DNA of 64,000 nucleotides, taken from assembly GCF_001194135.2 (NCBI RefSeq), contig NC_069004.1:14878851-14942850 (forward strand), written 5' to 3'. Shown in pieces: positions 1-11,814 of the stretch (position 1 is the stretch's first letter; the number at the start of each line of letters is the position of its first letter). The DNA comes from Octopus bimaculoides. Lineage: Eukaryota. The position numbers were made by a program, and so were the translations under genes. The notes beneath the pieces were generated by a model. The model was not told where the DNA came from and searched no databases. It saw only the letters and a program-made list of their open reading frames with translations.

Positions 1-282
1 GGGGCTAAACAGCAACAGAAACACTGTTAGCTATCTTTCTTTTTGTTTGTTTGTTTTACTCCTTCAGGAAGTTTATATTTTTTTCCTTTGTTAAGTTTTT
101 TTTAATGAAAAATGTAATTTTCTGATTTTATTTTTTATCTCCATTTTTTTTTTTTTCAATTATGTTTTATATTTTTCTCATTATTAAAAATAATTACATT
201 TCTCTGTTTGGTGAAGAATGGTTGTTTATTCGGAAAAGAGTTAGTAAAATACTGTTCACACCATTACATATATCGTTATCTC

Positions 283-939
283 TGTGTGTGTGTGTGTGTG
301 TGTGTAAGTGTGTATATGAGAGAGAGAGAGAGAGAGATTGTATGGCAATGTGTGTGTGTGTGAGTGTGTATGACAATGTGTATGTGTCTGTGTGAGTGCA
401 TGGCAATGTGCATGAGTGTATGATTGTGTGTCCTAGTGTATGACTAGGTGTGTGTATGTGTGTTGTGAGAGTATATGATTATGTGTGAGCATGTGTGTGT
501 GTGTAAATCTATGACTGTATGTGTGTGTGAAAGTGAATGATTATGTGTGAGTGTATGACAATGTATGTGCATGTGTGTTAGTGTATGACTCCATGTGTGT
601 ATGTATGTGTGAGCATATGACTGGTGTGTGAGTGAGTATGTGTGTGTGTACATCTATTACTGTATGTGTGTGTGTACATCTATTACTGTATGTGTGTAAG
701 AGTATGAGTGTGCATGTATATGTGTGAATGTATGACTACGTGTGTGTATGTGTGTGTGAGTGTATGGTTATGTGTGTTTGTGTGAAATTGAGTGCATGTC
801 TGTGGCTCAGTATTATGTGTGTTTGTGTGTATGTACGTGTGTGTGAATGCTTGTGCAATTGTGTATGTATCTATGACTGAGTATTGTGTGTGTGACTGTG
901 TGTGAAAGTGTATGTGTGTAGACATATTTGTGACTGAGT

Positions 940-974
<35 letters not shown>

Positions 975-1140
975 CTCTGTATCTGAATGAGTTTGTGTAT
1001 GATGTCTGTGTATTTGTATGTGCATCTGTGACTATGCATTTCTGATTGTCTGGTTATATTTGTTTCTTTGTGTGTGTATGTGTGGTTATGTATCTGTGTG
1101 TATGCTTGTGTATATTTTTGATCGTTTATGTGTGTGCGTT
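283..1140. repeat. Degenerate (TG)n/(TGTA)n-rich simple-repeat tract
   Basis: Continuous TG-rich low-complexity sequence with recurring GTATGACT variants; explains the H/T- and C/V-rich ORFs here. Confidence 0.9.
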
Positions 1141-1540
1141 ATTTACTTGACTTCTTTGTCAGTATGTATTGTTTCCTTCAACTATTTCTGGATATTCACA
1201 CTCACGCACACACACATGCACGTACCTACATGCCCGCATATTTTTAAACATTTTATGTCCATGTTATATGTACACTCAAACATATACATACATGCTCTCA
1301 CACACACACACACACACACATGCACACAAACATTCATACACGTATGCAACCGCCCCTACCCCCAGATACATTTTAAACGTCATGTTTGTTCATCATCATC
1401 ATCATCATCATCATTATCATTTAATGTCCATTTTCTATGCTGTCATGGGTTAGTTTGACAGGAGCTAGAAAGGCCAGTGGAGTGTGAGGCAGTGCGCACA
1501 CCAGGGTCCCTTGTCTGTTCTGGTGTTGCACCCATTATTT

Positions 1541-1578
<38 letters not shown>

Positions 1579-1995
1579 GGGTATTTATTTATTAAAAGTG
1601 ACTTCTCGAAGTCTGTATCTTGGCAGTGCCACAAGAGGCATGGCCATACTGGAGTCACTAGCAACTAATCCTGTCTGAGATGAATGCAGGGTGACAAACT
1701 AACTGGCATGTATTCATGCAGTGTTTGTGCTTTGCTAATTTATGTATATACGTTGAAGAGCCCTCATCACAAAAGACACAGATCTGACTGTCAGCCAAGC
1801 CTATCACGATGACTGACCCATCACATTTCTTTAGGAAAGAAGGGTTGATAATCATTCTGTGCTTGCTGTGGTAAAGGAAGTGGTGGGTGCATTTAAAAGC
1901 TTTTAAGGACAGACCATTTCCAGTGTCTCTTTTAGTGCTGTCGACCTGGCCTTTTGCACTTTAGCATGCAGTCTTACCTTTACTCTAAGCCAAAC

Positions 1996-2046
1996 TTAAA
2001 CCCTAACCCTAAACCCTAACTCTAATCCTAAAGCCTAACCCTAACC
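1996..2046. repeat. Short degenerate (CCCTAA)n telomere-like repeat
   Basis: ccctaaccctaaaccctaactctaatcctaaagcctaaccctaacc. Confidence 0.7.
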
Positions 2047-2157
2047 TGTATCAGGTCATTTTACATCACAGACTATGGATATTGTGATAGAGAACATGCT
2101 AAAGTAGCATCACTTTTGCTGTGAAGGGAAACCTTCATCAAACGTCTTCAAGAGATA

Positions 2158-2555
2158 TCTTTTATCTTTTACTTATTTCGGTCATTAGACTGTGGCCATG
2201 CTGGAGTATTGTGTTGAAGAATTTTAGTTAAATGAATCAACCCTAGTACTTATTATTTTTTGTAAAGCCTGGTACTTAATTTATTGGTCTCTTTTGCCAA
2301 ACCGTTAAGTTACATGGACGTAAACACACTAACACCAGTTGTCAAGTGGTGGTGAGGGACAAATAAAGACACACACACACACAGATATATATATATATAT
2401 ACACACACGATGAGCTTCATTCAGTTTCCACTCATAAGGCTTTCGTCAGCCTTGAGGCTGTTGTAGAAGACTGTTGCCCAAAGTATCACTTGGCAGGACT
2501 GAATCCAAAACTATATGGTTAAGAAGCAAACTTCTTACCCACAATCACACCTGAT
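2158..2555 (-). mobile_element. tRNA-derived SINE family A (CORE-like body, internal (TA/CA)n, GAAACAAGTAAAAGA tail)
   Basis: Reverse complement aligns by eye with the + copies at 10163, 42803 and 48168. Confidence 0.8.
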
Positions 2556-2849
2556 ATTTGAAGAAGATTGTGAGGGTAGGGAAAGGGGTGATACTCTCTG
2601 GTGAATTTTATGGTAGGTGAGGTGTATGTCTAGATTCGTTTGTATGGTTAAATTGACCAAACACTAACAATGCAGGTTGGTGGCAAGGACTGGGAGAGGG
2701 AACTTGCCTTTGTTCTGTCAAGATGAATGTTGAGGATTATATGTAGATTAACCTCAGATTTACTCTGTGTAGTTGCTCTCACCCCATTTTGGTGATCTGA
2801 AAATGTAGCACAATTTTGAATAGTGGTGAGAAGCAATAAAATCAAGGAG

Positions 2850-3420
2850 TTGATAGAGTATGTTTACTCAGGACAAACAATAAATGTATGCCAAGACATG
2901 AATGCTAAAATTTTGCATTGAGTAAGAGCAAGATAACAGGTATTTACCTTGATTGATAATGTAGTCACAGCACAGCCAGAACAGTTCCTTCGTGCTAATC
3001 TCTTCAGTAATACTGCCCTAACTGCATTCTTGTATGCAAGTGAGATAAGGGCTACCATGGTGAAGAACAGTGACTGGTTATGTATGATATAGTGGGCCAT
3101 AGAAAGATCTTTATTAGGAATATCCTTGTGAGAGCTTATCTGAAATGAGGTGATTTTATAACGGAGAAGAGTGAACGATGTGATTGCAGAAAACTATAAG
3201 CATGAGTTTCACAGGACTGGAACATAGAGCAAAGCTCAAAGACATTCAGGTTCATGCAGATGCTTGGTAGATTCCAAGAGTTCAAAACAGTAACTTGGAA
3301 GACCTTTAAAAATGATGGTAAGATGACATAATCAGACAGTTATTCCCTTGATTGTTCTTTTCTCTTTCATTTGGGCGGCATGGAAGAGAAGAAACAATCT
3401 AGAGGAGAATGGAAATGCAC
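2850..3420 (+). mobile_element. Decayed RTE-clade LINE, RT thumb/C-terminal region
   Basis: Broken translation GQTINVCQD...NLFSNTALTAFLYASEIRAT...AIERSLLGISL...RVNDVIAEN, typical RTE motifs; many stops. Confidence 0.75.
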
Positions 3421-3488
3421 TGTGATCAGTGATGTATAAGGACATCTGAGTGTCTGGTCAAAAATTTGCTATCTATTGACCCTATTTA

Positions 3489-3892
3489 TTAACTATTCAG
3501 GGTAATTTATCAAGTGTAATACTTATTTATCCACATTTTTTTTAATTAATCATGTATTATCTTGTAGCTTCAAGATTTTGAAGATGTGATTGCTTATTTT
3601 TATAATGACACTGTAGGGTAGGTGTGAAAGACTGGATCTGGCCAGTTTCAGCATATAACAGGTAGAATATTTGGGCCAGATATGGCTGGTTTAAATGCTA
3701 AAGGATTAACCCTTTAGCATTTAAGCCAGCCATATCCAGCCCAATTATTCTACATGTTTTATGCTGAAACTGGCCAGATGTGACCTCACACACCTAAGAT
3801 TAACAGTTACAAGATAATGCATGATTATTTCATAACAATGTGACTAAATAAGTATTACATTTGACAGGATTATGTGAATGTTAAAGGGTTTA
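3489..3892. mobile_element. Two piggyBac-type MITE copies in inverted orientation sharing one TTAA (3706-3709)
   Basis: AATGCTAAAGGA-TTAA-CCCTTTAGCATT at the centre; arms are mutual reverse complements and match the single copy at 16269-16494. Confidence 0.8.
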
Positions 3893-4209
3893 TGTGTCAT
3901 TATTGGTTTGTTAATTTCACACTTTTACTTCATGTAAATTACTCACCTTTTTTGTTGTTTTTTAACATTTTGTACTTCTCCCAACATTTTGGGTTCTTTG
4001 TAATCAGTAAAAGAAATTATAATTAATAGTTGTAGTAAAAGTTCATTATTAGTTACAGAATCAGTATTGGTTCAGAGTAGCAAGCTGTATATCTTACTTA
4101 ACATGGATATGCTGGAGAAAGCCACAAAATAGTAGTATTCATCTTGAGAAAGCTTGTTATCTTCTATAGATATGTAGTGCTAAAATGCAATGTGTATCAG
4201 AGGTGGAAC

Positions 4210-4216
<7 letters not shown>

Positions 4217-4259
<43 letters not shown>

Positions 4260-5003
4260 TATGCACACAAGAGTTTGGACTGTTGGAAAAGAAATATTCC
4301 TAACATCGGGCTACAACAAGTAACCTTTGGAATTATTATTATTGAGTAAGAGAGTAGTGCATGCCATCAAAGTGACACTGGGGTAAAATATACAAAGCCT
4401 AGTATACCCATCATGACTACCCGTCTGATAAGGGTACACCAGGCACATGCATCACAACCATATGTGCGCAACCTGGTGATCTCATATCAAGATAAACAGC
4501 GCATGACCTTGCAGGTGGGGCCCAGTTAGAATTTTCTTCAGGTTGGGTAGCCCATCCCACTCAAAAGGTCCCTGAATAAGGGTTGTTTAAAGATGTTGAA
4601 CAAAACACCCATGTTTCCAGAGGTGAATTATTCAAACGCCAAAGAGTCTCTCTCAACACATGGCTATGATGCTCCCCCACAACTTCTGCTTGTGATCAGA
4701 TATACACATATTGTCAGCCACTAAGGGACATGTTCAGCTGATTACGGTCAAACAACTGACAAGCAAATCTGTGGTATTGAGCAGAATATTTGCTGTAGCC
4801 CATCTTTTAAACCAAGACAAAGCAATGTACATGATAACACTTCCAATCAGTTAAGATCAGAAGCCATGAGAGCCACTGCCTGGTACAGCATCAGGGCATC
4901 ATATTATTATTCATATGCACACAACAGATTAGATTGTTGGAAAAGAAATATTCCTAATGTTGGGCTACAACAAGAAACCTTTGGAATTATTATTGTTGTT
5001 ATG

Positions 5004-5042
<39 letters not shown>

Positions 5043-5050
5043 GTTATCAT
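4217..5050 (-). mobile_element. Array in a (TAA)n tract: 75-bp unit (4258-4332), 556-bp element (4344-4899), 75-bp unit (4912-4986)
   Basis: Every junction is (TTA)n on +; the two 75-bp units differ at 8 of 75 positions. Confidence 0.7.
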
Positions 5051-5280
5051 CATAGTAAGGCAGTGTGTGGTTGTGTCTCTGTGTGTATGTGTATTTATGT
5101 ATATGTAGGTATATATGTATGTCCCTATGTGTAGATGTGTATACTATGTAAATATATAACACACATATATGTATACACACACACATACACATGCATATAC
5201 ATACATTTATATATATACATATATGCATGTGTATATTAGAGAATGTACTAAAAGGATAATTTCTTTCATCCTTTTCATAC

Positions 5281-5328
5281 CAACCCACCGGAGACCACGT
5301 CTTGGTGCCTTGGTACAAAACTGTTCAT
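5281..5328 (-). CDS. Candidate first coding exon segment MNSFVPRHQDVVSGGL (exon 5281-5411 including putative 5'UTR); unidentified
   Basis: Unique CpG-containing island between repeats; acceptor tttctatattcag|G at 5412, ATG at 5328, donor TTG|gtatga at 5280. No homology recognised. Confidence 0.25.
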
Positions 5329-5699
5329 TTCGAAGCGTTCTTATTTAAACTACAACTTTCCATTACCATTATTTGAAAGAACCTTTTGTGAAGTTGTGTT
5401 CCTATCGATACCTGAATATAGAAATATAAATTTCGTCTTTTTGTTAAGTAGCGTTCAAAACATCACCTCAATATAGAAATTAATTGAAAAGTTGGTTATT
5501 TTCGTAAATGCAGCCAAATTCTTCATTATTTTGAAAAATGAATAGAAAAACATAGACAGTGTTTCATTAGAAATAGTTTCAGGAAAGTGTTTTATATGAG
5601 TTAATATTGGTCCGATATGTTTTTTTCTTCTTCTTTTCTTTTGCTTCTTATTTTCTTCAAATAGCTTTTACATTACATAAGATAAGCTGGGTCATGAAT

Positions 5700-5945
5700 T
5701 AATAAAGATATTGAGCTAATCAAGGTTGAGATGCTATGACATAATTAAGGTTGAGAGTTAATCAAGGTCAAAAGTTAATCAAGGTTGTAATTAATCAATA
5801 TCATGAATTACTCTCGTTAGTGAGCCAAGTTAACAACATTAACTTAAACTTATAACTTACCAAAGAGATGTAAGTATAAGTTAAGCAAAGTTATAAGTTA
5901 ATTAAGATTGCAAATTCATCAAGACTGTCAATTAATCAAGTAAAT
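5700..5945. repeat. Decayed ~15-bp tandem repeat (TTAATCAAGGTTGA-like)
   Basis: Recurring ttaatcaagg / taattaagg units. Confidence 0.55.
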
Positions 5946-7400
5946 CTTTTTCTATGATCCAAAGGTTTGATATTAGGCACATGTGTGGCTGTGTGGTAAG
6001 AAGTTTGCTTCCCAACAACATGGTTCCAAGTTCAGTCCCACTGCGTGGCACCTTTGGCATGTTTCTTCTACTAAAAGCCTTGGGCTAACCAAAGCCTTGT
6101 GAGTAGATTTGGTAGACAGAAACTGAAAGAAACCATTGTATGTATGTATGTATGTATGTATGTATGTATGCATGCATGCATACATTAATATTGAACAGTG
6201 AGAATTAATGCTCAACACTGCATTGGTGGATAAATATTCCTTATTTGTGAGTTAACTAGGCTACCATTGGTTTCATATTAAAAGAGGTATATCTCTGAAC
6301 AATTTTTAAGCCTGTTGGTGTTCATCTCCATCTTGGATGAAGACACAATAAAAAACACAATAAAAGTGATTTTACCATGTTTTCATCCAAAATAGAGATG
6401 AACATCAATGTCCCATGCAATAGGATTGGAAACTGTTAAGAGAGATACTTCTCTTAACATGAAACCACAATGGTATTCTAGAAGAACATTTCACAAGTTA
6501 ATATTTCCTTAAGCACACACATGCACAAAAAGCAGGTTTTGCTATTTTCACACAAGTAATATTGGTTTCAAATTTTGGCACAAGGCCAGTAATATCAGGA
6601 GTGGGGGTAAGTTGATTACATTGGCCACCACATATTCAACTAGTGCTTATTTTATCGACCCCAAAAGGAGCCAACCACAGCAGAATTTGAACTCAGAATG
6701 TGAAGACAGCTGAAGCACCTCAGCTACCAACTCTAGAGGTAATAGATCACTGTTTTACAAGAACATTTCACAAGTTAGTTAATATTTCCTTAGATACACA
6801 CACACATGCACAAAAAGCAGGTTTTGCTATTTTCACAAGTATTACTAATAATTTCTATGATCCACTTCAATATTAAAGCAAATTTGTGTTGCGGGGGCCG
6901 GAACTGTGTTTTATATCAATAAACGTGGAAAACGTTAGATTCTTTAAAGAAGATTATAAAGATATGCTTTCAGTTAATCCAGGCATGGAAAATTTTCTTA
7001 TTTTCCTTCTTATATTTCTTCTTTTTTTTTTTTTGTGAAATAATGGTTATGCCCTCTGGAAGAATTTCATTTTGAATTGAGCTGTCCAAATGCATCACTA
7101 GCTGTTGATTCTAGTGTAGTGGCACATTAGAAGACTTAACCCATTCACTGTGACCATTCTGCATGTCTGATTCTAAGCCTACTGCACTTAATGGCTGTGT
7201 GCATCATTGAGTGGATTAAAGAATCATCTGGAGAAGAACTAACCACAGAGAATCAAAAACGAAGTAAACAAGCAGAATTTACTGGAAATAATGAATGCAG
7301 AAATACCATTTTGAGACTAATTTTATCTGAAATGTTGCTGGCTTTCATCTCACTCAATTTGATATCATTATTATTATTATTATTATTATTACTATTATAA

Positions 7401-7620
7401 GGCAGTGAGCTGGCAAAACCGTTTGCACACCAGGCAAAATGCTTAGCAGCATTTCATCCATTTTTATGTTCTGAGTTCAAATACTGCTGAGGTGGACTTT
7501 GCCTTTCATCCTTTTGGGGTTGATAAAATAAGCACCTGTTGAGCATTGGGGGGGGTCGATGCAGTCGAATATTCCAGCCTCCCCCAAACTTTCAGGCTTT
7601 TTCTAGTAGAAAGGATTATT
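7401..7620 (+). mobile_element. tRNA-derived SINE family B (GGCGGCGAGCTGGCAG head; GCCTTTCATCCTTTCGGGGTCGATAAA central domain; (TTA)n tail)
   Basis: B-box GAGTTCAAAT; aligns with many copies (35436-36200, 59295-60380); flanked by (TTA)n. Confidence 0.8.
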
Positions 7621-8049
7621 GCTATTATTATTATCATTCTAGTTTGACTCACCATTTCCCTGGACTAATATTTTTTTTAATAAATGCCTTCCATCTTTTT
7701 TTGGAAATCTATCAATTAATGCTGTAGAGTTACTATACTGTCTTTGCATTATGATAACATTTCATGCTGTAAAGCGTATGGCTTTTGTTGGCTTTTATTT
7801 CATTGGAAGAGTGGAGTGAGAGTGATTTGTTTTTTTCTTTTCCATATCGTTGTTTTCTTTCTTTTGTATTATGATGGATAATGCTTGTGTCGTGAAAAAT
7901 ATTCCATTACATTATGATTGTCATTTAGTAAATGTTTGTGTTGGAAAATGCATTGTTTATATAACGTGTTTATTATGACACGTGAATTATAATAATGTTT
8001 GTGGAGAGATAATATTTGTTGTGAGAATGTGTTTGGTAGGCTATGTCTT

Positions 8050-8262
8050 GTATCTTTTACTTGATTCAGTCATTTGACTGTGGCCATGCTGGGGCACCGC
8101 CCTCAAGGGTTTTAGACAAACAATTTGACCCCAGGACTTGTATTTACTTTTTTTTTAAGCCTTGTACTTATTTTATCAGTGCCTTTTGCCAAATTGCTAA
8201 GTTACAGGTGGTGGTGAAGGAACACAGGTGGTGGTGAAGGAACACAGACACAAACACACATA

Positions 8263-8329
<67 letters not shown>

Positions 8330-8330
8330 C

Positions 8331-8369
<39 letters not shown>

Positions 8370-8530
8370 GATGGGCTTCTTTCAGTTAACATTTTCCAAA
8401 TCTACTCACAAGGCTTTGGTTGGTCTGAGGCTATAGTAGAAGACACTTGCCCAAGGTGCCATGCAGTGGGACTGAACCTGAAACTATGTGGTTGGAAAGC
8501 AAGCTTCTTACAACACACCCATGCCTTCCT
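8050..8530 (-). mobile_element. SINE family A with expanded internal (TA)n
   Basis: Reverse complement of family A head, body and tail. Confidence 0.8.
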
Positions 8531-8899
8531 ACACAAAAAATTATTTTCAGAAGTTTAAAGTGTCTTAGTTTAACATGTTACTGCATTGAGTTCACTCCAT
8601 ATATGGTTTTCGCTTCAACAACACATTATCCTGTTGATCCAATCAACATAACAGCCTTCTCATGAAATTAGTGTACAAGTAGCTGAGCACTCTACGGACA
8701 TGCATACCCTTAATGTAGTTCTCGGGAGAGATTCAACATGACACAAAATGTGACAAAGCTAGCCCTTTGAATTATGGGTACTACTCATTTTTGGCCCACT
8801 GAGTGCACTGGAGTAACATGAAATAAAGTATAAAAGTCACATGCCTTCACATTGTCTTGCTTTAGGGAAAATACATGGCTACCACACATTATATGTGTA

Positions 8900-9372
8900 G
8901 ACAAGTCGGAGCACTTGAGAAGTGAATAAAAGGAAGGTTGCGGTGGATACCAGAGCAAACACCTAAGGAACCAGGAGGTGAATAGAAGAGAGGATACAGA
9001 CAATGGGTTATGGCAGCAGAGGAAACAGTGGATGGCACCGTGCTGTACTCAAGAAGACCCATTCTCCACAGCAGAAGTGGTAATGCTGCTTCCCCTACTG
9101 AAGAGGATTGGCCTGCATGAGTCTTGTGCCAGTGTCGCACAAAAAGTACCCATGGTAGCACCACATAAAAAAGCACCCATGCCAGTACCACATAAATGGC
9201 ACACAGCACACTCTGCAAAGTGGTTGGCATTAAGAAGGGCATCCAGATTTAGAAACCAAGCCAAATCAGACTGGAGCCTGAGGTGGCTTTCCCGTTTGCC
9301 AGCTCTGGTCATACCATACAACCGATGCCAACATGGAAAACAGACACTGAAGATGATGACGATGATGATGAA
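8900..9372 (+). mobile_element. RTE-type 3' end with (GAT)n tail
   Basis: TTGGCATTAAGAAGGGCATCCAG...CCAACATGGAAAACAGAC...gatgatgac, shared with many copies in the window. Confidence 0.7.
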
Positions 9373-10162
9373 GAAGAGAGATGTTTATATTAAACAAGGG
9401 AATTGGATATGTTTGGTTATAATCTGTTTAAGTGGTACAAATATGAATTAAAGACTATAAAATATAATATATATTCATTGGAATTTTGCAAGTAGAGTTC
9501 AGATAATTAGTTGCAATTCTGACTGATGTAATGATATCTTTTATGCTTTATCTATCTTTTACTTGTTTCAGTCATTGCATTGTGGCCATGCTGGAGCACT
9601 GGCAGGGAGGGTTTATTCAAATATCAACCCAGTACTTATTGTTTTTTAAGACTGATACTTTTTCTATCAGCCTCTTTGCTGAACAACTAAGTCACAGGGA
9701 CATAAACAAACCAACAGCTATGGGGGACACCATTAACAATGAGTTGCAAACACACTTTACTACAAAGCTGCTATGTGATCAGTTGTTTAATTTTAATATT
9801 TTATCTTCTTTTTCTACATGTGTTGTTTGTTACCGCTTTACCAGAGATGATATATAAGCCATTCCTGCTATATGGGAGCATGGCTTCACAGGATTTTAAA
9901 AAATGTTTCTATGACTTTAAATTATCTTCCAATGAAATAGTCTTTAATGATGTGATTGTAATGAAGTCCTCAACTAAAGTAGTTATTCACTAAAATGAAG
10001 CAACAATATTACTAATTCAACTTCTACTAGAGAAAGATTCACTGCTTGTGATATAATCCCCCATTTATTTGCAGATAACAACATCAATAGCTAAACTGTT
10101 CTTCAAATTTCTCATTTTTCCATGACCACAAAACCGTAAGAGTTTTGATAAAACTAATATAT

Positions 10163-10992
10163 AGGCGTAGGAGTGGCTGTGTGGTAAATAGCTTGCTTAC
10201 CAACCACATGGTTCCAGGTTCAGTCCCACTGTGTGGCACCTTGGGCAAGTGTCTTCTACTATAGCCTCGGGCCGACCAAAGCCTTGTGAGTGGATTTGGT
10301 AGACGGAAACTGAAAGAAGCCCATCGTATATATGTATATATATATATATATCATCATCATCATCATCATCGTTTAACGTCCGCTTTCCATGCTAGCATGG
10401 GTTGGACGATTTGACTGAGGACTGGTGAAACCGGATGGCAACACCAGGCTCCAATCTNNNNNNNNNNNNNNNNNNNNNNNNNNNNNNNNNNNNNNNNNNN
10501 NNNNNNNNNNNNNNNNNNNNNNNNNNNNNNNNNNNNNNNNNNNNNNNNNNNNNNNNNNNNNNNNNNNNNNNNNNNNNNNNNNNNNNNNNNNNNNNNNNNN
10601 NNNNNNNNNNNNNNNNNNNNNNNNNNNNNNNNNNNNNNNNNNNNNNNNNNNNNNNNNNNNNNNNNNNNNNNNNNNNNNNNNNNNNNNNNNNNNNNNNNNN
10701 NNNNNNNNNNNNNNNNNNNNNNNNNNNNNNNNNNNNNNNNNNNNNNNNNNATATATATATATATATATGTATGTGTGCTTGTGTGTCTGTGTTTGTCCCC
10801 CCACCATTGCTTGACAACCGATGCTGGTGTGTTTACGTCCCCGTAACTTAGCGGTTCGGCAAAAAGAGACCGATAAAATAAGTACTAGGCTTACAAAAGA
10901 ATAAGTCCTGGGGTCGATTTTCTTGACTAAAGGCGGTGCTCCAGCATGGCCGCAGTCAAATGACTGAAACAAGTAAAAGAGTAAAAGAGTAA
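10163..10992 (+). mobile_element. Full-length SINE family A with an antisense RTE-type tail (10352-10457) nested in its internal (TA)n; N-gap inside
   Basis: A-box-like TGGCTGTGTGG, B-box-like GGTTCAGTCCC, CORE-like GCACCTTGGGCAAGTGTCTT, tail AAGTAAAAGAGTAAAAGAG. Confidence 0.85.
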
Positions 10993-11089
10993 TCATACTC
11001 TTTCAGTACTCCAACATTTATGACTTTGGATGATCATAGGCATGTAAACCAAATTGACAACGATAAATTCAAATTTTTTTTGCCAACCT

Positions 11090-11250
11090 CTCATTTTCTG
11101 AGAATCAAATGCCAGAGCTGGCTTATTCTTGTGCCAGCGCCTGAAATTCTGACATCCAATTCAGCCTCCTGCCTTCCATCATTCATAAATATGGCCCCAA
11201 GATACTTTATGCCTGTTTGTATTTGCATATTGAATTTGGGAAAATATATA
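11090..11250 (-). mobile_element. RTE RT thumb fragment
   Basis: IKYLGAIFMNDGRQEAELDVRISGA matches the FKYLGS...D.E...RI motif. Confidence 0.7.
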
Positions 11251-11351
11251 GCCTGAATACTTATAAACATGCGAATGTATAGCAATGCATGGCTTATAGT
11301 TGTGTGTGTGTGTGTGTGTGATGAGCTTTGGTTGATGGAAACTAAAAACTT

Positions 11352-11576
11352 GCTGGCAGAAATGTTAGCACATTGGGCGAAATGCTTAGCGGTACTTCAT
11401 CTGCCGTTACGTTCTGAGTTCAAATTCCGCCGAGACTGACTTTGCCTTTCATCCTTTCGGGGTCGATTAAATAAGTTCCAGTTACGCACTGGGGTCAATA
11501 TAATCGACTTAATCCGTTTGTCTGTCCTTGTTTGTCCCCTCTGTGTGTAGCCCCTTGTGGGCAATAAAGAAATAAG
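11352..11576 (+). mobile_element. SINE family B, tail variant ending GGGCAATAAAGAAATAAG, with 11-bp TSD
   Basis: aaacttgctgg at 11346-11356 and 11577-11587. Confidence 0.85.
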
Positions 11577-11814
11577 AAACTTGCTGGTTGTTCTGCAAGA
11601 AACTGCAGAATCATCTTTTTTGGACTCAGATAATTGTCAGCAATTTTAACTATTTCGCTCATTAGATTGACTGCTAATTTCAACAGCAAAATATTAATCT
11701 ATAAACATATAGATATTGCAGATGTGTATTTGTAAATTCTTGCATCCTTTGAGAATGTACGTTTTCCAGTGAAGACAAATATGTATATTCCCCAGTGTAT
11801 AAGTGCATCTATAC

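Noticed and set aside
1658-1855. Possible C2H2-like motif (ICVFC...HKH) in a 65-aa ORF
   Set aside because: Spacing does not fit a canonical finger and there is no convincing exon boundary
4830-4899. HDV-like ribozyme at the 5' end of the 556-bp element
   Set aside because: I could not build P1, P1.1 and an L3 consensus by eye; left as a computational check
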